Positions 9,222 through 19,192 are shown, counted from the stretch's first letter. The stretch is DNA of 64,000 nucleotides from an uncultured SAR86 cluster bacterium (GCA_902596665.1 CACJUN010000001.1:391935-455934); one strand, 5' to 3'. A program made the numbers and translations. Notes: generated by a model from the letters alone, not told the origin.

Positions 9222-10505
9222 TTATTTTGGTGCTAATTCTAGATCATCTCTAATATGCTTGGCAGCAATAAAATAATGAGTGGCAGACCATACAGTTGAA
9301 ATAGGAATTACGATAAGTAACGCATAGCGTATAGACTCTATTCCGTAAGTTGGATTAATCATATCACTGACAAAGCCAATAACCATTGGACCAAATCCTA
9401 AACCAATGAAATTAAGAATAAAAAATAATATTGCAGAGGACATTGCCCTCATTCTTAATCCAACCAACGAGTGAGTTATTGCTAAATTTGGAGCTAAATA
9501 AGCATTGAATAGCATGCCTGTGATAAAAGTAGTCATCAAAGCTAAATAAGTTTGATCTGTTAAATATATAAATAAAGTAAAGGGAAGATAGATAAGTGTA
9601 GTTATCGCAGGCACCCATTGATACCATCTAGGGTCTTGCTTACCTAATTTATCTGAGAGATAACCACCCATAAAGGTTCCTACTCCACCTGCAACAGAAC
9701 TTAATGCTAACCAAGTTCCCAGCTCCCCTGTCTCAATATCATGCAATCTTAAAAATAATGAGGGAAGGAAATTACCTGCCCCATAGGAAATAAAAGCATG
9801 AATCCCGCATGCAATGGATAAGTGTCTAAATGATTTTCTTGACCATAAATGCTTAAGTGTCTCTTTAAGTTTTGGAGCACTTCCATCGTCAATTTTTTCT
9901 TCGGCCATACCTCTATCAGGTTCAGCTACAGCTAATTTCAAGAAAATAGCTAAAGCTATCCCCGGAAGTCCAACAACAAGAAAAGCTGTACGCCATCCAT
10001 AAAATTCATTTATCCAACCTCCTAATAGAAAACCAAATAATATTCCAATGTTTATACCGGTTGAGTAAATTGCTAAAGCTGTTGCTCTTTGCTCCTGATT
10101 AAAAATATCAGAGACCATCGCATGCGCTGGAGGGCTACCTCCAGCTTCTCCAATAGCAACACCAATTCTTGCTAGCAATAAATGTATAAAATTTTGAGCA
10201 AACCCACTTACAGCGGTCATCGAACTCCAAATGGTTAAAGAGATAGCTATGACATCTCTTCTTATCCAAGTATCGGCTAATTTTGCTAACGGAATACCAA
10301 AAGAAACATAAAAAATTGCAAAAGAAAAACCAGACAAAAGTCCAAGCTGAGTATCAGATAAACCCATTTCAGCCTTGATAGATTCTTGAAGAATAACTAA
10401 AAGCTGTCTATCAATGAAGTTAAAACTGTAAACGGTAGTTAAAACTCCTAGGACAAAGTAACCGTATGATTTATTCTCATACAGCCTAGATGACAGGTAA
10501 CTCAT
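9222..10505 (-). CDS. MFS transporter (Spinster-like subfamily)
   Basis: 427 aa, about 12 TM segments, with a DRQLL...LADTWIRRDVI loop 2-3 motif region. Confidence 0.75.
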   Translation of the reverse strand: MSYLSSRLYENKSYGYFVLGVLTTVYSFNFIDRQLLVILQESIKAEMGLSDTQLGLLSGFSFAIFYVSFGIPLAKLADTWIRRDVIAISLTIWSSMTAVSGFAQNFIHLLLARIGVAIGEAGGSPPAHAMVSDIFNQEQRATALAIYSTGINIGILFGFLLGGWINEFYGWRTAFLVVGLPGIALAIFLKLAVAEPDRGMAEEKIDDGSAPKLKETLKHLWSRKSFRHLSIACGIHAFISYGAGNFLPSLFLRLHDIETGELGTWLALSSVAGGVGTFMGGYLSDKLGKQDPRWYQWVPAITTLIYLPFTLFIYLTDQTYLALMTTFITGMLFNAYLAPNLAITHSLVGLRMRAMSSAILFFILNFIGLGFGPMVIGFVSDMINPTYGIESIRYALLIVIPISTVWSATHYFIAAKHIRDDLELAPK

Positions 10506-11509
10506 AAATTATTTTTGATAACTACTTTTCCAACTAACTTTCTTTCAGATAAATATTCCAAGGCATCTTTTGCATCAGTTAGATTAAATTCTTTACATAT
10601 ATGCGGTTTTAAATTTCCCGTCTCTGCAAGTTCATGGATAATTTTTTTAGTTTCTGCTCCCTTTTCAGGATCTCGAATACCGTATTCACCAGCTCTAACG
10701 CCAATTACCGAAAAACCTTTTATCAGCGCTATATTTACTGGCAGGCTAGGCAATCTACCGCTCGTGAAACCAACAATCAATAATCTTCCATTCCAATTTA
10801 TACAACGGATTGACTCGTCAAAAACATCTCCTCCTACTGGGTCGTAGATGACATCAGCTCCTTTGCCATTTGTTAAATCTTTAACTTCTTCTCTAAAAGC
10901 AGTAGTTCCATCTTTCAAAGTATTTAAGACATGATCTGCCCCCCAAGATTTAACAATTTCAAGTTTCTCATCAGATGTTCCTGTTGCGATTACCGTATTG
11001 CCAAACATTTTTGCAAGTTGAACAGCTGCCATACCAACTCCACCTGAAGAACCATGAATAAGAACAACATCATCAGGTTTCATTTCCCCTCTCCTAATTA
11101 ATGAGACGTATGCAGTAGTGTAAGCAGTAGCGAATGAAGCTGCTTCTGCCATATTTAAAGCGCTAGGTTTCTTTGTTATTTTGGATGCAGGTAAAACAAT
11201 ATAGTTAGCCATTGCTCCATGACCCCAACCACCAAACATTACTTCATCACCAGTTTGCAACTCTTTTACATCCGGACCAACTGATTCTATGATTCCAGAA
11301 CCTTCCATGCCTAAGAAAAATGGTAGTTCTGGTTTTCTTTGATATTTACCTTGAGACATCAGCCAATCAGGAAAATTTAATGAAGCGTGAGATATTTTTA
11401 TTTTTACTAAATCTTTTTCAATTTGTGGTAACTCTAAAGTTCCCAAATTAATTCCAGACATATCTTCGGATAAATATTGACAGAGCAGTCCTTGAGCTTG
11501 AAGAGACAC
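10502..11509 (-). CDS. NADPH:quinone oxidoreductase / zeta-crystallin-like MDR
   Basis: GSSGGVGMAAVQLAK Rossmann motif and MDR architecture without zinc ligands. Confidence 0.8.
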   Translation of the reverse strand: MSLQAQGLLCQYLSEDMSGINLGTLELPQIEKDLVKIKISHASLNFPDWLMSQGKYQRKPELPFFLGMEGSGIIESVGPDVKELQTGDEVMFGGWGHGAMANYIVLPASKITKKPSALNMAEAASFATAYTTAYVSLIRRGEMKPDDVVLIHGSSGGVGMAAVQLAKMFGNTVIATGTSDEKLEIVKSWGADHVLNTLKDGTTAFREEVKDLTNGKGADVIYDPVGGDVFDESIRCINWNGRLLIVGFTSGRLPSLPVNIALIKGFSVIGVRAGEYGIRDPEKGAETKKIIHELAETGNLKPHICKEFNLTDAKDALEYLSERKLVGKVVIKNNL

Positions 11510-11511
11510 TG

Positions 11512-11910
11512 TTAGAATCTACCTATTATTTGCCTACTTCTTTTTAAATCAGCCATTCTAAGAGCAAAAGCTGTGCCGATTGTTATTAAGAAGCACAAGA
11601 TTTGAGTTATTGAAATTCCCATAAAGAAAAAAGCTACAAACTGAGTAATTGCAAATGAAGTTATCACAATATAAATGGGCCACAAAGTTGAGGTTGGATT
11701 TTTTCCTGCAAAAAATCTGTAAATGAAATAACAAATTGTAAGATAAAGAGAAGGAATGATTGTTCGTAATCTCCACTCATACATTTCCTCCTCAGTAAAA
11801 CCTGCACCAGGAAAAACACTAATTAAATTAGGATCGATAATAAAACAAAGAGAGAGTGCCGTAAAAAACACAAATAAGACAATCAAAATAACTTTTGTTG
11901 TTAAATCCAT
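11512..11910 (-). CDS. small integral membrane protein, unknown function
   Basis: 132 aa with four hydrophobic segments; no motif recognised. Confidence 0.5.
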   Translation of the reverse strand: MDLTTKVILIVLFVFFTALSLCFIIDPNLISVFPGAGFTEEEMYEWRLRTIIPSLYLTICYFIYRFFAGKNPTSTLWPIYIVITSFAITQFVAFFFMGISITQILCFLITIGTAFALRMADLKRSRQIIGRF

Positions 11911-11956
11911 TTCTCCCTCCTAATGCTAAAATTATAACAATTAACTTACAAAAATT

Positions 11957-12130
11957 ATGAATCCTTTTACTATTGCTAAAGACATTAAAAATATAGAAAA
12001 AATGCTAAAACCTGCTTTAGAAAAATATATTCAAGGCGCTGGTTTTGCAAAAAGCGATGAAATTAATGAAATTCTCAAAAAGATTTCTGAACTTGAAAAG
12101 AGAATAGAGATTCTAGAAGAAAAACTATAA
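11957..12130 (+). CDS. UbiK/YqiC (BMFP)-like coiled-coil protein
   Basis: Not in the ORF track (57 aa): MNPFTIAKDIKNIEKMLKPALEKYIQGAGFAKSDEINEILKKISELEKRIEILEEKL. Its size and the C-terminal EL-x-x-R-I-x-x-LE coiled coil resemble accessory factor UbiK. Confidence 0.55.
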   Translation: MNPFTIAKDIKNIEKMLKPALEKYIQGAGFAKSDEINEILKKISELEKRIEILEEKL

Positions 12131-12871
12131 AAGTTTAGGAATTACAGCTTTTCTATCTTTAGGATAATCTTCAAAGTTATCTTTATACCACTTGTGGTTA
12201 GCAACAGCTCTTGGTAGTAAATTAGCTACAGTCCAGAAAAAAAATACAAAGCCGGCTGTACTAAATGTCATTATTGCCCAACCCAACCATTCTATAAACT
12301 CACCTAAATAATTTGGACAGGATACATATTTATACATGAACCCTTTTGGCACTTGATATCCCTCATTTTTCTTTCTCAGAGAAAATAAAATTTCATCTGA
12401 TTTAATATTTATGAGCATTCCAATAAAAAATAGACTAAGACCCAAGAAAAAAGGGACAGAACTAAAATGACTTGTTGCATAGTCTGATATATAAAACAGC
12501 CAAGTCCCTTGGATGTAAACATTAACAAAATTAAATAAAAATGCAGATAGAGCTATAGTCACTGGCATGCTTTTATTTTTTATTCTTGCTCTAATTGGCC
12601 AAATGAAGCTTCGATTAAAGTAATGAATCATAAATAAAATGGCAGCAAAAATTGAAAATTGTGAACTATTTGAAAAATTCAAAATCAAGAAAATTAACAT
12701 TAAATAGAAAGCTGGAGACTCCATAAGGATCCAGCCCCATCGAGAACTTATTTCAAAGCCCCACCCTTTTTCTTGATGTCTTCCATAAGGCGCTGTCTGA
12801 AAAAATAAATAAATAAATACTGACAGGCCTACTAAGCTCCAAACCAGCATTACTAATTGATGGGTAGTCAT
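12125..12871 (-). CDS. 3-oxo-5-alpha-steroid 4-dehydrogenase (SRD5A/Steroid_dh) family membrane reductase
   Basis: YKYVSCPNYLGEFIEWLGWAI C-terminal signature; polytopic membrane protein. Confidence 0.75.
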   Translation of the reverse strand: MTTHQLVMLVWSLVGLSVFIYLFFQTAPYGRHQEKGWGFEISSRWGWILMESPAFYLMLIFLILNFSNSSQFSIFAAILFMIHYFNRSFIWPIRARIKNKSMPVTIALSAFLFNFVNVYIQGTWLFYISDYATSHFSSVPFFLGLSLFFIGMLINIKSDEILFSLRKKNEGYQVPKGFMYKYVSCPNYLGEFIEWLGWAIMTFSTAGFVFFFWTVANLLPRAVANHKWYKDNFEDYPKDRKAVIPKLL

Positions 12872-13737
12872 TTTTTGCTTGGAAAAAGCATTAAAGAGGA
12901 AGTTTTTTTCATATAGTCTGCATAATCAGGTCTATTTTCTAGGCTTCTGTTATCCATCATTGGAATAGATGCAAACATAAACATTAATAACATTGCTATA
13001 GGGCAAATCAAAAGAAGAATAGAACCATTAGAGCCGATTAATCCAAAACCACATAATCCAAACCAAAAACCCACTTCACCAAGGTAGTTTGGATGACGAG
13101 AATATTTCCATAAACCCTCATTCATAGTCTTTCCTTTATTCTCAATATTCGCTTTAAAAATATGCATTTGTTCATCGGATATCTGTTCAAGCAAAACCAT
13201 TGAGAGAGTAAAAAGACATATTAAATAATCAAGTGAACTTACATCTGCTGAGTTTTCATTAAAATAAAAATACAAAGGAAACAGGCACAAATTTACAATC
13301 AAAGTAGGAAAAAGATGAATGCCAAAAAGATTTATAAACCACTTGAAGGATCCAAAAGTTTCATACAAATTAACATATCTAAAATCTTCTTTGGATAATC
13401 CTGGCCAAGTGCGTAACCAATTATGAGTCAATCTGAATGCCCAATAACAAACTGGGATACCTACCAGAAAAATACGTTCTAGGTTTATCCCATTTTCATC
13501 AGATAAAGCAACGAAAAAGTAAATAGGAACTGGCGCTACTGACCAATAAGGATCATACAAGCTAGAATTAGAATAAAAGGTACTAAATAAAAAAATTACT
13601 AAAGTGCTAACAACATGCGCAATGACGATATCAACCCATAAATGAAATCCAAATGAATCGGTAGCGCTTAAACTAACTGCTGCCGCTGCAAGGCTGAGGG
13701 AATAACAAAACAAACATAAAATATGATGAGATTTCAT
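12868..13737 (-). CDS. DUF1295 (steroid 5-alpha reductase / ICMT-fold) membrane protein
   Basis: WKYSRHPNYLGEVGFWFGL signature; has 4-nt ATGA-type overlap with the downstream gene. Confidence 0.75.
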   Translation of the reverse strand: MKSHHILCLFCYSLSLAAAAVSLSATDSFGFHLWVDIVIAHVVSTLVIFLFSTFYSNSSLYDPYWSVAPVPIYFFVALSDENGINLERIFLVGIPVCYWAFRLTHNWLRTWPGLSKEDFRYVNLYETFGSFKWFINLFGIHLFPTLIVNLCLFPLYFYFNENSADVSSLDYLICLFTLSMVLLEQISDEQMHIFKANIENKGKTMNEGLWKYSRHPNYLGEVGFWFGLCGFGLIGSNGSILLLICPIAMLLMFMFASIPMMDNRSLENRPDYADYMKKTSSLMLFPSKK

Positions 13738-13746
13738 AATCGAGAA

Positions 13747-15123
13747 CTATTTTTCTGGATTAAACTTAACCGGCAGGTCTTGGATGGCGTTAACAAAATT
13801 ATTCGGAGTTAAAATCATTTCTCCATCCTGTTCCATTTCAGGAAACCTTGAGAATATTTTTTCATAGACAACTTCTAACTGCATGTTAGCTGTATGTTTA
13901 CCTAAACATAAATGTCGTCCGTAACCAAAGGCAAGATGTTTTTTAGCATTCTCTCTAGTTACATCAAATTTATCAGGATCAGTAAAAATTTCTGGATCTC
14001 TATTTGCAGCACCGTACCATAATGAAACCTTTTCATTTGGTCCGATCTCTTGATCTCCAATTTGAGTATCGCATTTAGTGGTTCTTCTCATGTACCTTAC
14101 AGGAGAAACCATTCTGATTGATTCATGAACCATATTTGATAAAAGACTTTTATCATTCAAAACTAAATTTTTTTGGTCAGGATTCTCAGACAATAAATTC
14201 ATTGTTCCGCTGATAGAATTTCTTGTCGTATCATTTCCAGCAAAAATAATTAACAACCAGGAACCATCTAGATATTCATTAGGTAGTTTCTCTCCCTCAA
14301 CTTCTATATTGGCAATCACAGATAAAAGATCATCTTTAGGATCTTTTCTTCTAGATTCAAGAATTGTCCTACCATAGTCAAACATCTCTGCGACCATATT
14401 AGTAAACATCTCAACTAGAGCAGGATCAGGAGCTGCTTGCGTGTGCTCTTCAGAAAATTCAATATCACCTTTTTCTGCTGCTTGAGTAGCAGCAATAAGT
14501 TGAGCCATTTCAAGAAATTTCATCCATTCTATGATTTTGGGTCTATCTTCTTCAGGAACTCCTAACATTTCACACAAAGTGAACATTGGGACTTCTGCAG
14601 AAACTGCCTCAACAAGATTACATCTTCCTAAGGGCGCAATTTGATCTAACAACTGATCAACTTTAAGTTCTACTTTTTCTCTTAAGTTAGATACGTACTT
14701 AGGATTAAAAAAAGACATGTGTGGATTACGCATACTTAAATGCAACATACCATCTAGGCTGAGCATGTGATCCATAGTTGATCTATACAACGGTAAATCA
14801 TCTTGTTGTTCAAAACCATGGGTAAGTGCAGTTCCACCAGCCAATTGAGATGAAAAAATTTCCTGATTTTTTGATACAAACTCAATATCTTTATATTTTG
14901 TTAAAACCCAAAATCCAGGTTCAGAATCTTCTGGACCAGTTTCATGAAAATATACCGGTGCGTTCTTTCTTAGGTTTGCAAAATGTTGATAAGGTTCATC
15001 ACCCTTGGTAAAAAGCATAAGATCCGTTAAATCAAAATTTCTTTCAAAAGGAAATTTAAGATTGTATTTTGGAGAATTTATCTTTACGAAGGGTTGTTTG
15101 TTGCTATTTAATTCTAATGCCAT
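13747..15123 (-). CDS. cytochrome P450, CYP153-like
   Basis: Heme loop FGYGRHLCLG, ExxR (ESIR), and I-helix AGNDTTRNS, which resembles the GGNDTTRN signature of CYP153 terminal hydroxylases. Confidence 0.85.
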   Translation of the reverse strand: MALELNSNKQPFVKINSPKYNLKFPFERNFDLTDLMLFTKGDEPYQHFANLRKNAPVYFHETGPEDSEPGFWVLTKYKDIEFVSKNQEIFSSQLAGGTALTHGFEQQDDLPLYRSTMDHMLSLDGMLHLSMRNPHMSFFNPKYVSNLREKVELKVDQLLDQIAPLGRCNLVEAVSAEVPMFTLCEMLGVPEEDRPKIIEWMKFLEMAQLIAATQAAEKGDIEFSEEHTQAAPDPALVEMFTNMVAEMFDYGRTILESRRKDPKDDLLSVIANIEVEGEKLPNEYLDGSWLLIIFAGNDTTRNSISGTMNLLSENPDQKNLVLNDKSLLSNMVHESIRMVSPVRYMRRTTKCDTQIGDQEIGPNEKVSLWYGAANRDPEIFTDPDKFDVTRENAKKHLAFGYGRHLCLGKHTANMQLEVVYEKIFSRFPEMEQDGEMILTPNNFVNAIQDLPVKFNPEK

Positions 15124-15145
15124 GACTTATTTTACTACAAAAAAA

Positions 15146-15222
15146 TGGCACGCCCGGAAGGATTCGAACCTCCGACACCCAAGTTCGTAGCCTGGTGCTC
15201 TATCCAACTGAGCTACGGGCGC
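15146..15222 (-). tRNA. tRNA-Arg (anticodon ACG)
   Basis: The reverse complement is GCGCCCGTAGCTCAGTTGGATAGAGCACCAGGCTACGAACTTGGGTGTCGGAGGTTCGAATCCTTCCGGGCGTGCCA, with anticodon loop CTACGAA. Confidence 0.9.
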
Positions 15223-15252
15223 CCGTAAAATCTAAGTATAAAGTAGAAAGGG

Positions 15253-15417
15253 TTAAGTAGTCTTCTCTAAAGAGACTATCTCTTCTCGTTGAACTGGAAC
15301 TTGATTTGGTGCAGTAATTCCTAATCTAACTTGGCTGCCCTTGATTTCAAGAACAGTAATAGTTACGTTCTCGCCGATCAATAACTTTTGATCTTTTTTT
15401 CTGCTTAAAACTAACAT
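15253..15417 (-). CDS. csrA: carbon storage regulator CsrA
   Basis: Not in the ORF track (54 aa): MLVLSRKKDQKLLIGENVTITVLEIKGSQVRLGITAPNQVPVQREEIVSLEKTT. It contains the canonical CsrA blocks, and a G-rich SD lies just upstream. Confidence 0.9.
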   Translation of the reverse strand: MLVLSRKKDQKLLIGENVTITVLEIKGSQVRLGITAPNQVPVQREEIVSLEKTT

Positions 15418-15443
15418 CTCCCCCCAGAAATATTAATAACTCT

Positions 15444-15472
15444 AATTTATTAGGAAAACTAATATTTTTCAA
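15444..15472 (-). promoter_or_regulatory. candidate sigma70 promoter of csrA (and possibly the downstream tRNA-Arg and P450 operon)
   Basis: Minus-strand TTGAAA (15472..15467), a 17-nt spacer, then TAAATT (15449..15444), about 25 nt upstream of the csrA ATG. Confidence 0.45.
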
Positions 15473-15502
15473 GATATTTATAATTCTATTAATTAGAATT
15501 TT

Positions 15503-16357
15503 TTATAACTCCATACCAAGTGGAGGATCTGGAGGTAAATCAGGGTCTAAAGAATAGGTTAAAGTTCTTAAACTTTTTACCAGATCTTGGTTAGATATAT
15601 TTTCTTGAAAATCTTTAAGTTTTAATGGTTTACCAATCGTCACGGGAACATCAGTGCCCATTCTTCTTCTTACTTCTCTAAATAAAAGTGCAGATCTCAA
15701 CATTAATCCAAAGCGACTAGCTAATTGAAATAAGTCAGAATTTTGACCTTGAAAATAAATAGGAACTATCGTTGCATCAGTTTGTTTAATAAGCCTTGAG
15801 GTAAATACTTTCCACTCACAATCAAAAGCAATTTTTTCGCTCATTTTCATCTTAGTTGATACACATCCACTTGGAAAAATAACAATTGATCCTCCGTTTG
15901 AGAGAAATTCTCTAGAAAGTTTTCTTGTTTCTAAATTTGTCTTAAGTGCTTCTTTTGTTAATGCAAAATCTACTGGAAGGAGATATCCTTTGGTCTCAGG
16001 AGCTCTGAGCAGTAAGGAGTGAGTTAGAACTTTAAAATCATCTCTCACGAGGCTCATTAACCAACAGATGACTAACCCATCCAAAACTCCAAAAGGATGA
16101 TTGGCAACAACTACCAGCGGACCTTCTTTGGGTATCTGTTTTAAAGCTTCTTCAGAAAAATTTACATTTAAATTCAACTTCTTAACGCTTCCTTCCCAAA
16201 AATTTCTATATAGCTCTGGAGACCTTTGATATTCGTTATAGAGTTTATAGAGCTCAGGTTGACCTGAAAGACTTTCAATAGTCCTAATGATTAACCTTTT
16301 TAGATAAGGATCATCAGGATCAGCGTAACTAAAATATTTTGAATCTATATATTCCAT
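15503..16357 (-). CDS. lysophospholipid/glycerolipid acyltransferase family protein
   Basis: NHPFGVLDG (Hx4D acyltransferase motif) and a later FPSG motif. Confidence 0.75.
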   Translation of the reverse strand: MEYIDSKYFSYADPDDPYLKRLIIRTIESLSGQPELYKLYNEYQRSPELYRNFWEGSVKKLNLNVNFSEEALKQIPKEGPLVVVANHPFGVLDGLVICWLMSLVRDDFKVLTHSLLLRAPETKGYLLPVDFALTKEALKTNLETRKLSREFLSNGGSIVIFPSGCVSTKMKMSEKIAFDCEWKVFTSRLIKQTDATIVPIYFQGQNSDLFQLASRFGLMLRSALLFREVRRRMGTDVPVTIGKPLKLKDFQENISNQDLVKSLRTLTYSLDPDLPPDPPLGMEL

Positions 16358-16365
16358 TTTAATGA

Positions 16366-16455
16366 TGGCGGAGAGAAAGGGATTCGAACCCTTGAAGGAG
16401 TTTCCCCCTTACCCGCTTTCCAAGCGAGCGCATTCGACCACTCTGCCATCTCTCC
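16366..16455 (-). tRNA. tRNA-Ser (anticodon GGA)
   Basis: The reverse complement is GGAGAGATGGCAGAGTGGTCGAATGCGCTCGCTTGGAAAGCGGGTAAGGGGGAAACTCCTTCAAGGGTTCGAATCCCTTTCTCTCCGCCA. It has the long variable arm typical of Ser and anticodon loop TTGGAAA. Confidence 0.9.
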
Positions 16456-16457
16456 AT

Positions 16458-17501
16458 TTATTTAAATTCGAAGCTGGCTATTCTATCTCCATGAAATGAT
16501 CCAAGCCAAATCTTATTTTTATTAGGAAGCGCAACTGTTGCGGCACCCATTTGCCCTTTGGAAAAGCTATAAACACCTAGTACATCTAAATTCTCCAAAG
16601 CTAAATGATGTATTGTAAAAGGTAAAGGACATTGAATTATTGAGTAATCGCACTGTAAGCTCTCCAAACCAGAATAATCATGAGCAGCAACCCAGAGCCC
16701 TGAGTCTGTGACCAATAAGTTATCTTTCCCTCCGCCTATGTGTTCAAATTCCGCAGATAAGCTTTTTAAATTAAATTTTACTGTTTTTCCTGAAAACCAA
16801 TAATTTATATATAAATTTTCCTCATTAACGTCTAAATCAATTCCGTTTGGAAAAGAACCTGACGTATTTGGTACTTTAGAGAATCCCTCGTTAACGTTCC
16901 AAAAATATACCTCTCCGGTAGAATTTTTAATCATACTGGCGAATGCAATTGCCCACTGAGATGAATCAAAATCATACATGTGAGTTATGTAAAAAGATCC
17001 ATCAGTCTTTAATGCCACATCATTAAAATATTTATTCTCAGGTGCATCTATACAACCTCTCCATATTAATTCAATGGAGTCATTTTCAACTAACTCAAAA
17101 AGCTCAATAGATTCATTAGGCAGATGATTCACCACAGCTAGCATATACCTGCCATCATCTCTTTGAATCAAATCAATTCCATGAGGTGATAATTGTCTAC
17201 TTTTTAATTTACAGTTTGGGTCTCCCCAAGTATTTTCTTCATAAAAAAAATTTGGAATTCCTTTTGATTCAGAAACTAAATCATAGAATGATATTTTTCC
17301 GTATTTAGTATTTGGAGCTAAAGAACCAAATTCTGAAATAATTATCTTATTTTGTGATGGAGATAAATATAAATCCTCAGGGTTTTGAAATCCGCAAACA
17401 ATAGAAAATGAATCATCATTGTTACAACTCTCTATCTCAATAAATTCACTGAAGCTAAAAGATGAAACGAAAAATAATATGCCAATAAAAAAATCAAACA
17501 T
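16458..17501 (-). CDS. secreted SMP-30/paraoxonase/strictosidine-synthase-like beta-propeller protein
   Basis: N-terminal signal peptide, an FPNGIDL block and repeated propeller-like strands. The call is at fold level only. Confidence 0.55.
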   Translation of the reverse strand: MFDFFIGILFFVSSFSFSEFIEIESCNNDDSFSIVCGFQNPEDLYLSPSQNKIIISEFGSLAPNTKYGKISFYDLVSESKGIPNFFYEENTWGDPNCKLKSRQLSPHGIDLIQRDDGRYMLAVVNHLPNESIELFELVENDSIELIWRGCIDAPENKYFNDVALKTDGSFYITHMYDFDSSQWAIAFASMIKNSTGEVYFWNVNEGFSKVPNTSGSFPNGIDLDVNEENLYINYWFSGKTVKFNLKSLSAEFEHIGGGKDNLLVTDSGLWVAAHDYSGLESLQCDYSIIQCPLPFTIHHLALENLDVLGVYSFSKGQMGAATVALPNKNKIWLGSFHGDRIASFEFK

Positions 17502-17502
17502 T

Positions 17503-18276
17503 TTAAGTCCTAATCCCTATTCCTCTTTTTAAGAGAACATAAACAAAAATGGAAAAAATTAAAATGAATAAACAGATCATTAAAATGGCATAGTCAACGC
17601 TGATATCTGATATTCCTATCATCCCGTAACGAAAGGAATTTACCATATATAAGATTGGATTAATTTTAGAGACACCTTGCCAGAAATCTGAAAGAAGTTC
17701 GATAGAATAAAAAACTCCGCCTAAATAAATTAATGGAGTAAGGACAAAGGTTGGAACAATACTTATATCATCAAAACTGTTTGCAAAGATTGCATTAATC
17801 ATTCCGGCTAGAGAAAATAAAGTTGCGGTAAGAATTACTATCAAAAGAGTTAAAGGTATATTCTGAACTTCAAGGCTAGTAAAAAACAGAGCTGTTATCA
17901 TCACCAGAAGGCCAACTATTATTCCTCTTGCCACTCCACCAACAACAAATCCAATGATGATCAAATATATAGGCATTGGAGATACTAAAAGTTCCTCTAT
18001 GCTTTTTTGAAATTTAACTCCAAAAAAAGAAGAGACTACGTTTGAATAAGAATTTGTAATAACTGACAACATGACTAATCCAGGAGCCATAAATTGCATG
18101 TAATCTACTCCGCCCATATCTCCTATTCTTTTTCCTATTAAAGAGCCAAAGATTACAAAGTATAAAACTGAGGTAGCTACAGGAGGAATTAAGCTTTGTG
18201 TCCAAATTCTGAAAAACCTATGTAATTCTTTTCTTATTAGACTAAGTAGAGCGTTGATCTGTTCTGTGTAATTCAT
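17503..18276 (-). CDS. ABC-2 type transporter permease (YadH-like)
   Basis: 257 aa with six TM segments; overlaps the upstream ATPase gene by 4 nt. Confidence 0.8.
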   Translation of the reverse strand: MNYTEQINALLSLIRKELHRFFRIWTQSLIPPVATSVLYFVIFGSLIGKRIGDMGGVDYMQFMAPGLVMLSVITNSYSNVVSSFFGVKFQKSIEELLVSPMPIYLIIIGFVVGGVARGIIVGLLVMITALFFTSLEVQNIPLTLLIVILTATLFSLAGMINAIFANSFDDISIVPTFVLTPLIYLGGVFYSIELLSDFWQGVSKINPILYMVNSFRYGMIGISDISVDYAILMICLFILIFSIFVYVLLKRGIGIRT

Positions 18277-19190
18277 TTTTCTGTTAAGTCCAAAAATAGT
18301 TCTTCTAACCTATTGGTTTCATTTCGCATGCTTAGAATATTCAAATTATTTTCATTCAAATATCTAAAAATTTCATTCAAACTTTGTGATTTATTTATCT
18401 CAACTGAAATTTGATATGTATCTAATATCTTAATGTCAAAAGGACTATTTGAAATACTTTTAGGATCAATTTGATCCTTTAAGTCAAATATGAAAATCTC
18501 CGTATCTAACTCTCTTAGCAAGGACTGCATTGATGAAGTTTTTACTATCTCTCCCTTATCAATTATGGAAATATTTTTGCATAGCTTTTCTGCCTCCTCT
18601 AGATAGTGAGTAGTTAAAATGATGGTTGTCCCGTTGTTATTGATTTCAATTAAAAAATCCCAAAGTGATCTCCTGAGCTCAATATCAACTCCAGCGGTTG
18701 GTTCATCTAAAATTAAAAGATCTGGATTATTTATTAAGGCTTTTGCGACCATAAGTCTTCGTTTCATTCCACCAGAGAGATTTCTAGCCTGTTCTTTTCT
18801 CTTATCCCAGAGGCCTAGATTTCTTAAATAGTATTCAGATCTTTCTTTGATTATCTTTCTGGGCAAGCCAAAGTAACCAGCTTGTTGTTCCAAAATTTGC
18901 GATACAGTTTCAAATTGATTGAAATTAACTTCCTGACCAACAACACCAAGATTCTTTTTAGCTTTGCTATGATTTACATCAATATCAATGCCCATCAACT
19001 CAACTAAGCCAGATGTTTTAGTTACCAATGAACTGATTATTCCAATCGTGGTTGATTTTCCTGCTCCGTTTGGACCAAGCAATGCATAAAAATCTCCTTT
19101 TTTAACTTCTAAAGAAATATTATTAAGTGCAACAAGATCTCCCGGATAGATCTTGGAAAGATTTTTAATTTTTAGAGCGTTCTCAGACAA
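18273..19190 (-). CDS. ABC transporter ATP-binding protein (YadG-like)
   Basis: Walker A GPNGAGKST, signature LSGGMKRR and Walker B LILDEPT. Confidence 0.9.
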   Translation of the reverse strand: MSENALKIKNLSKIYPGDLVALNNISLEVKKGDFYALLGPNGAGKSTTIGIISSLVTKTSGLVELMGIDIDVNHSKAKKNLGVVGQEVNFNQFETVSQILEQQAGYFGLPRKIIKERSEYYLRNLGLWDKRKEQARNLSGGMKRRLMVAKALINNPDLLILDEPTAGVDIELRRSLWDFLIEINNNGTTIILTTHYLEEAEKLCKNISIIDKGEIVKTSSMQSLLRELDTEIFIFDLKDQIDPKSISNSPFDIKILDTYQISVEINKSQSLNEIFRYLNENNLNILSMRNETNRLEELFLDLTEK

Positions 19191-19192
19191 AT

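Noticed and set aside
15005-15190. A 61-aa plus-strand ORF spanning the P450 start region and tRNA-Arg.
   Set aside because: It overlaps the 5' end of the P450 gene in antisense and runs through the tRNA-Arg sequence. tRNA genes often create spurious open frames.
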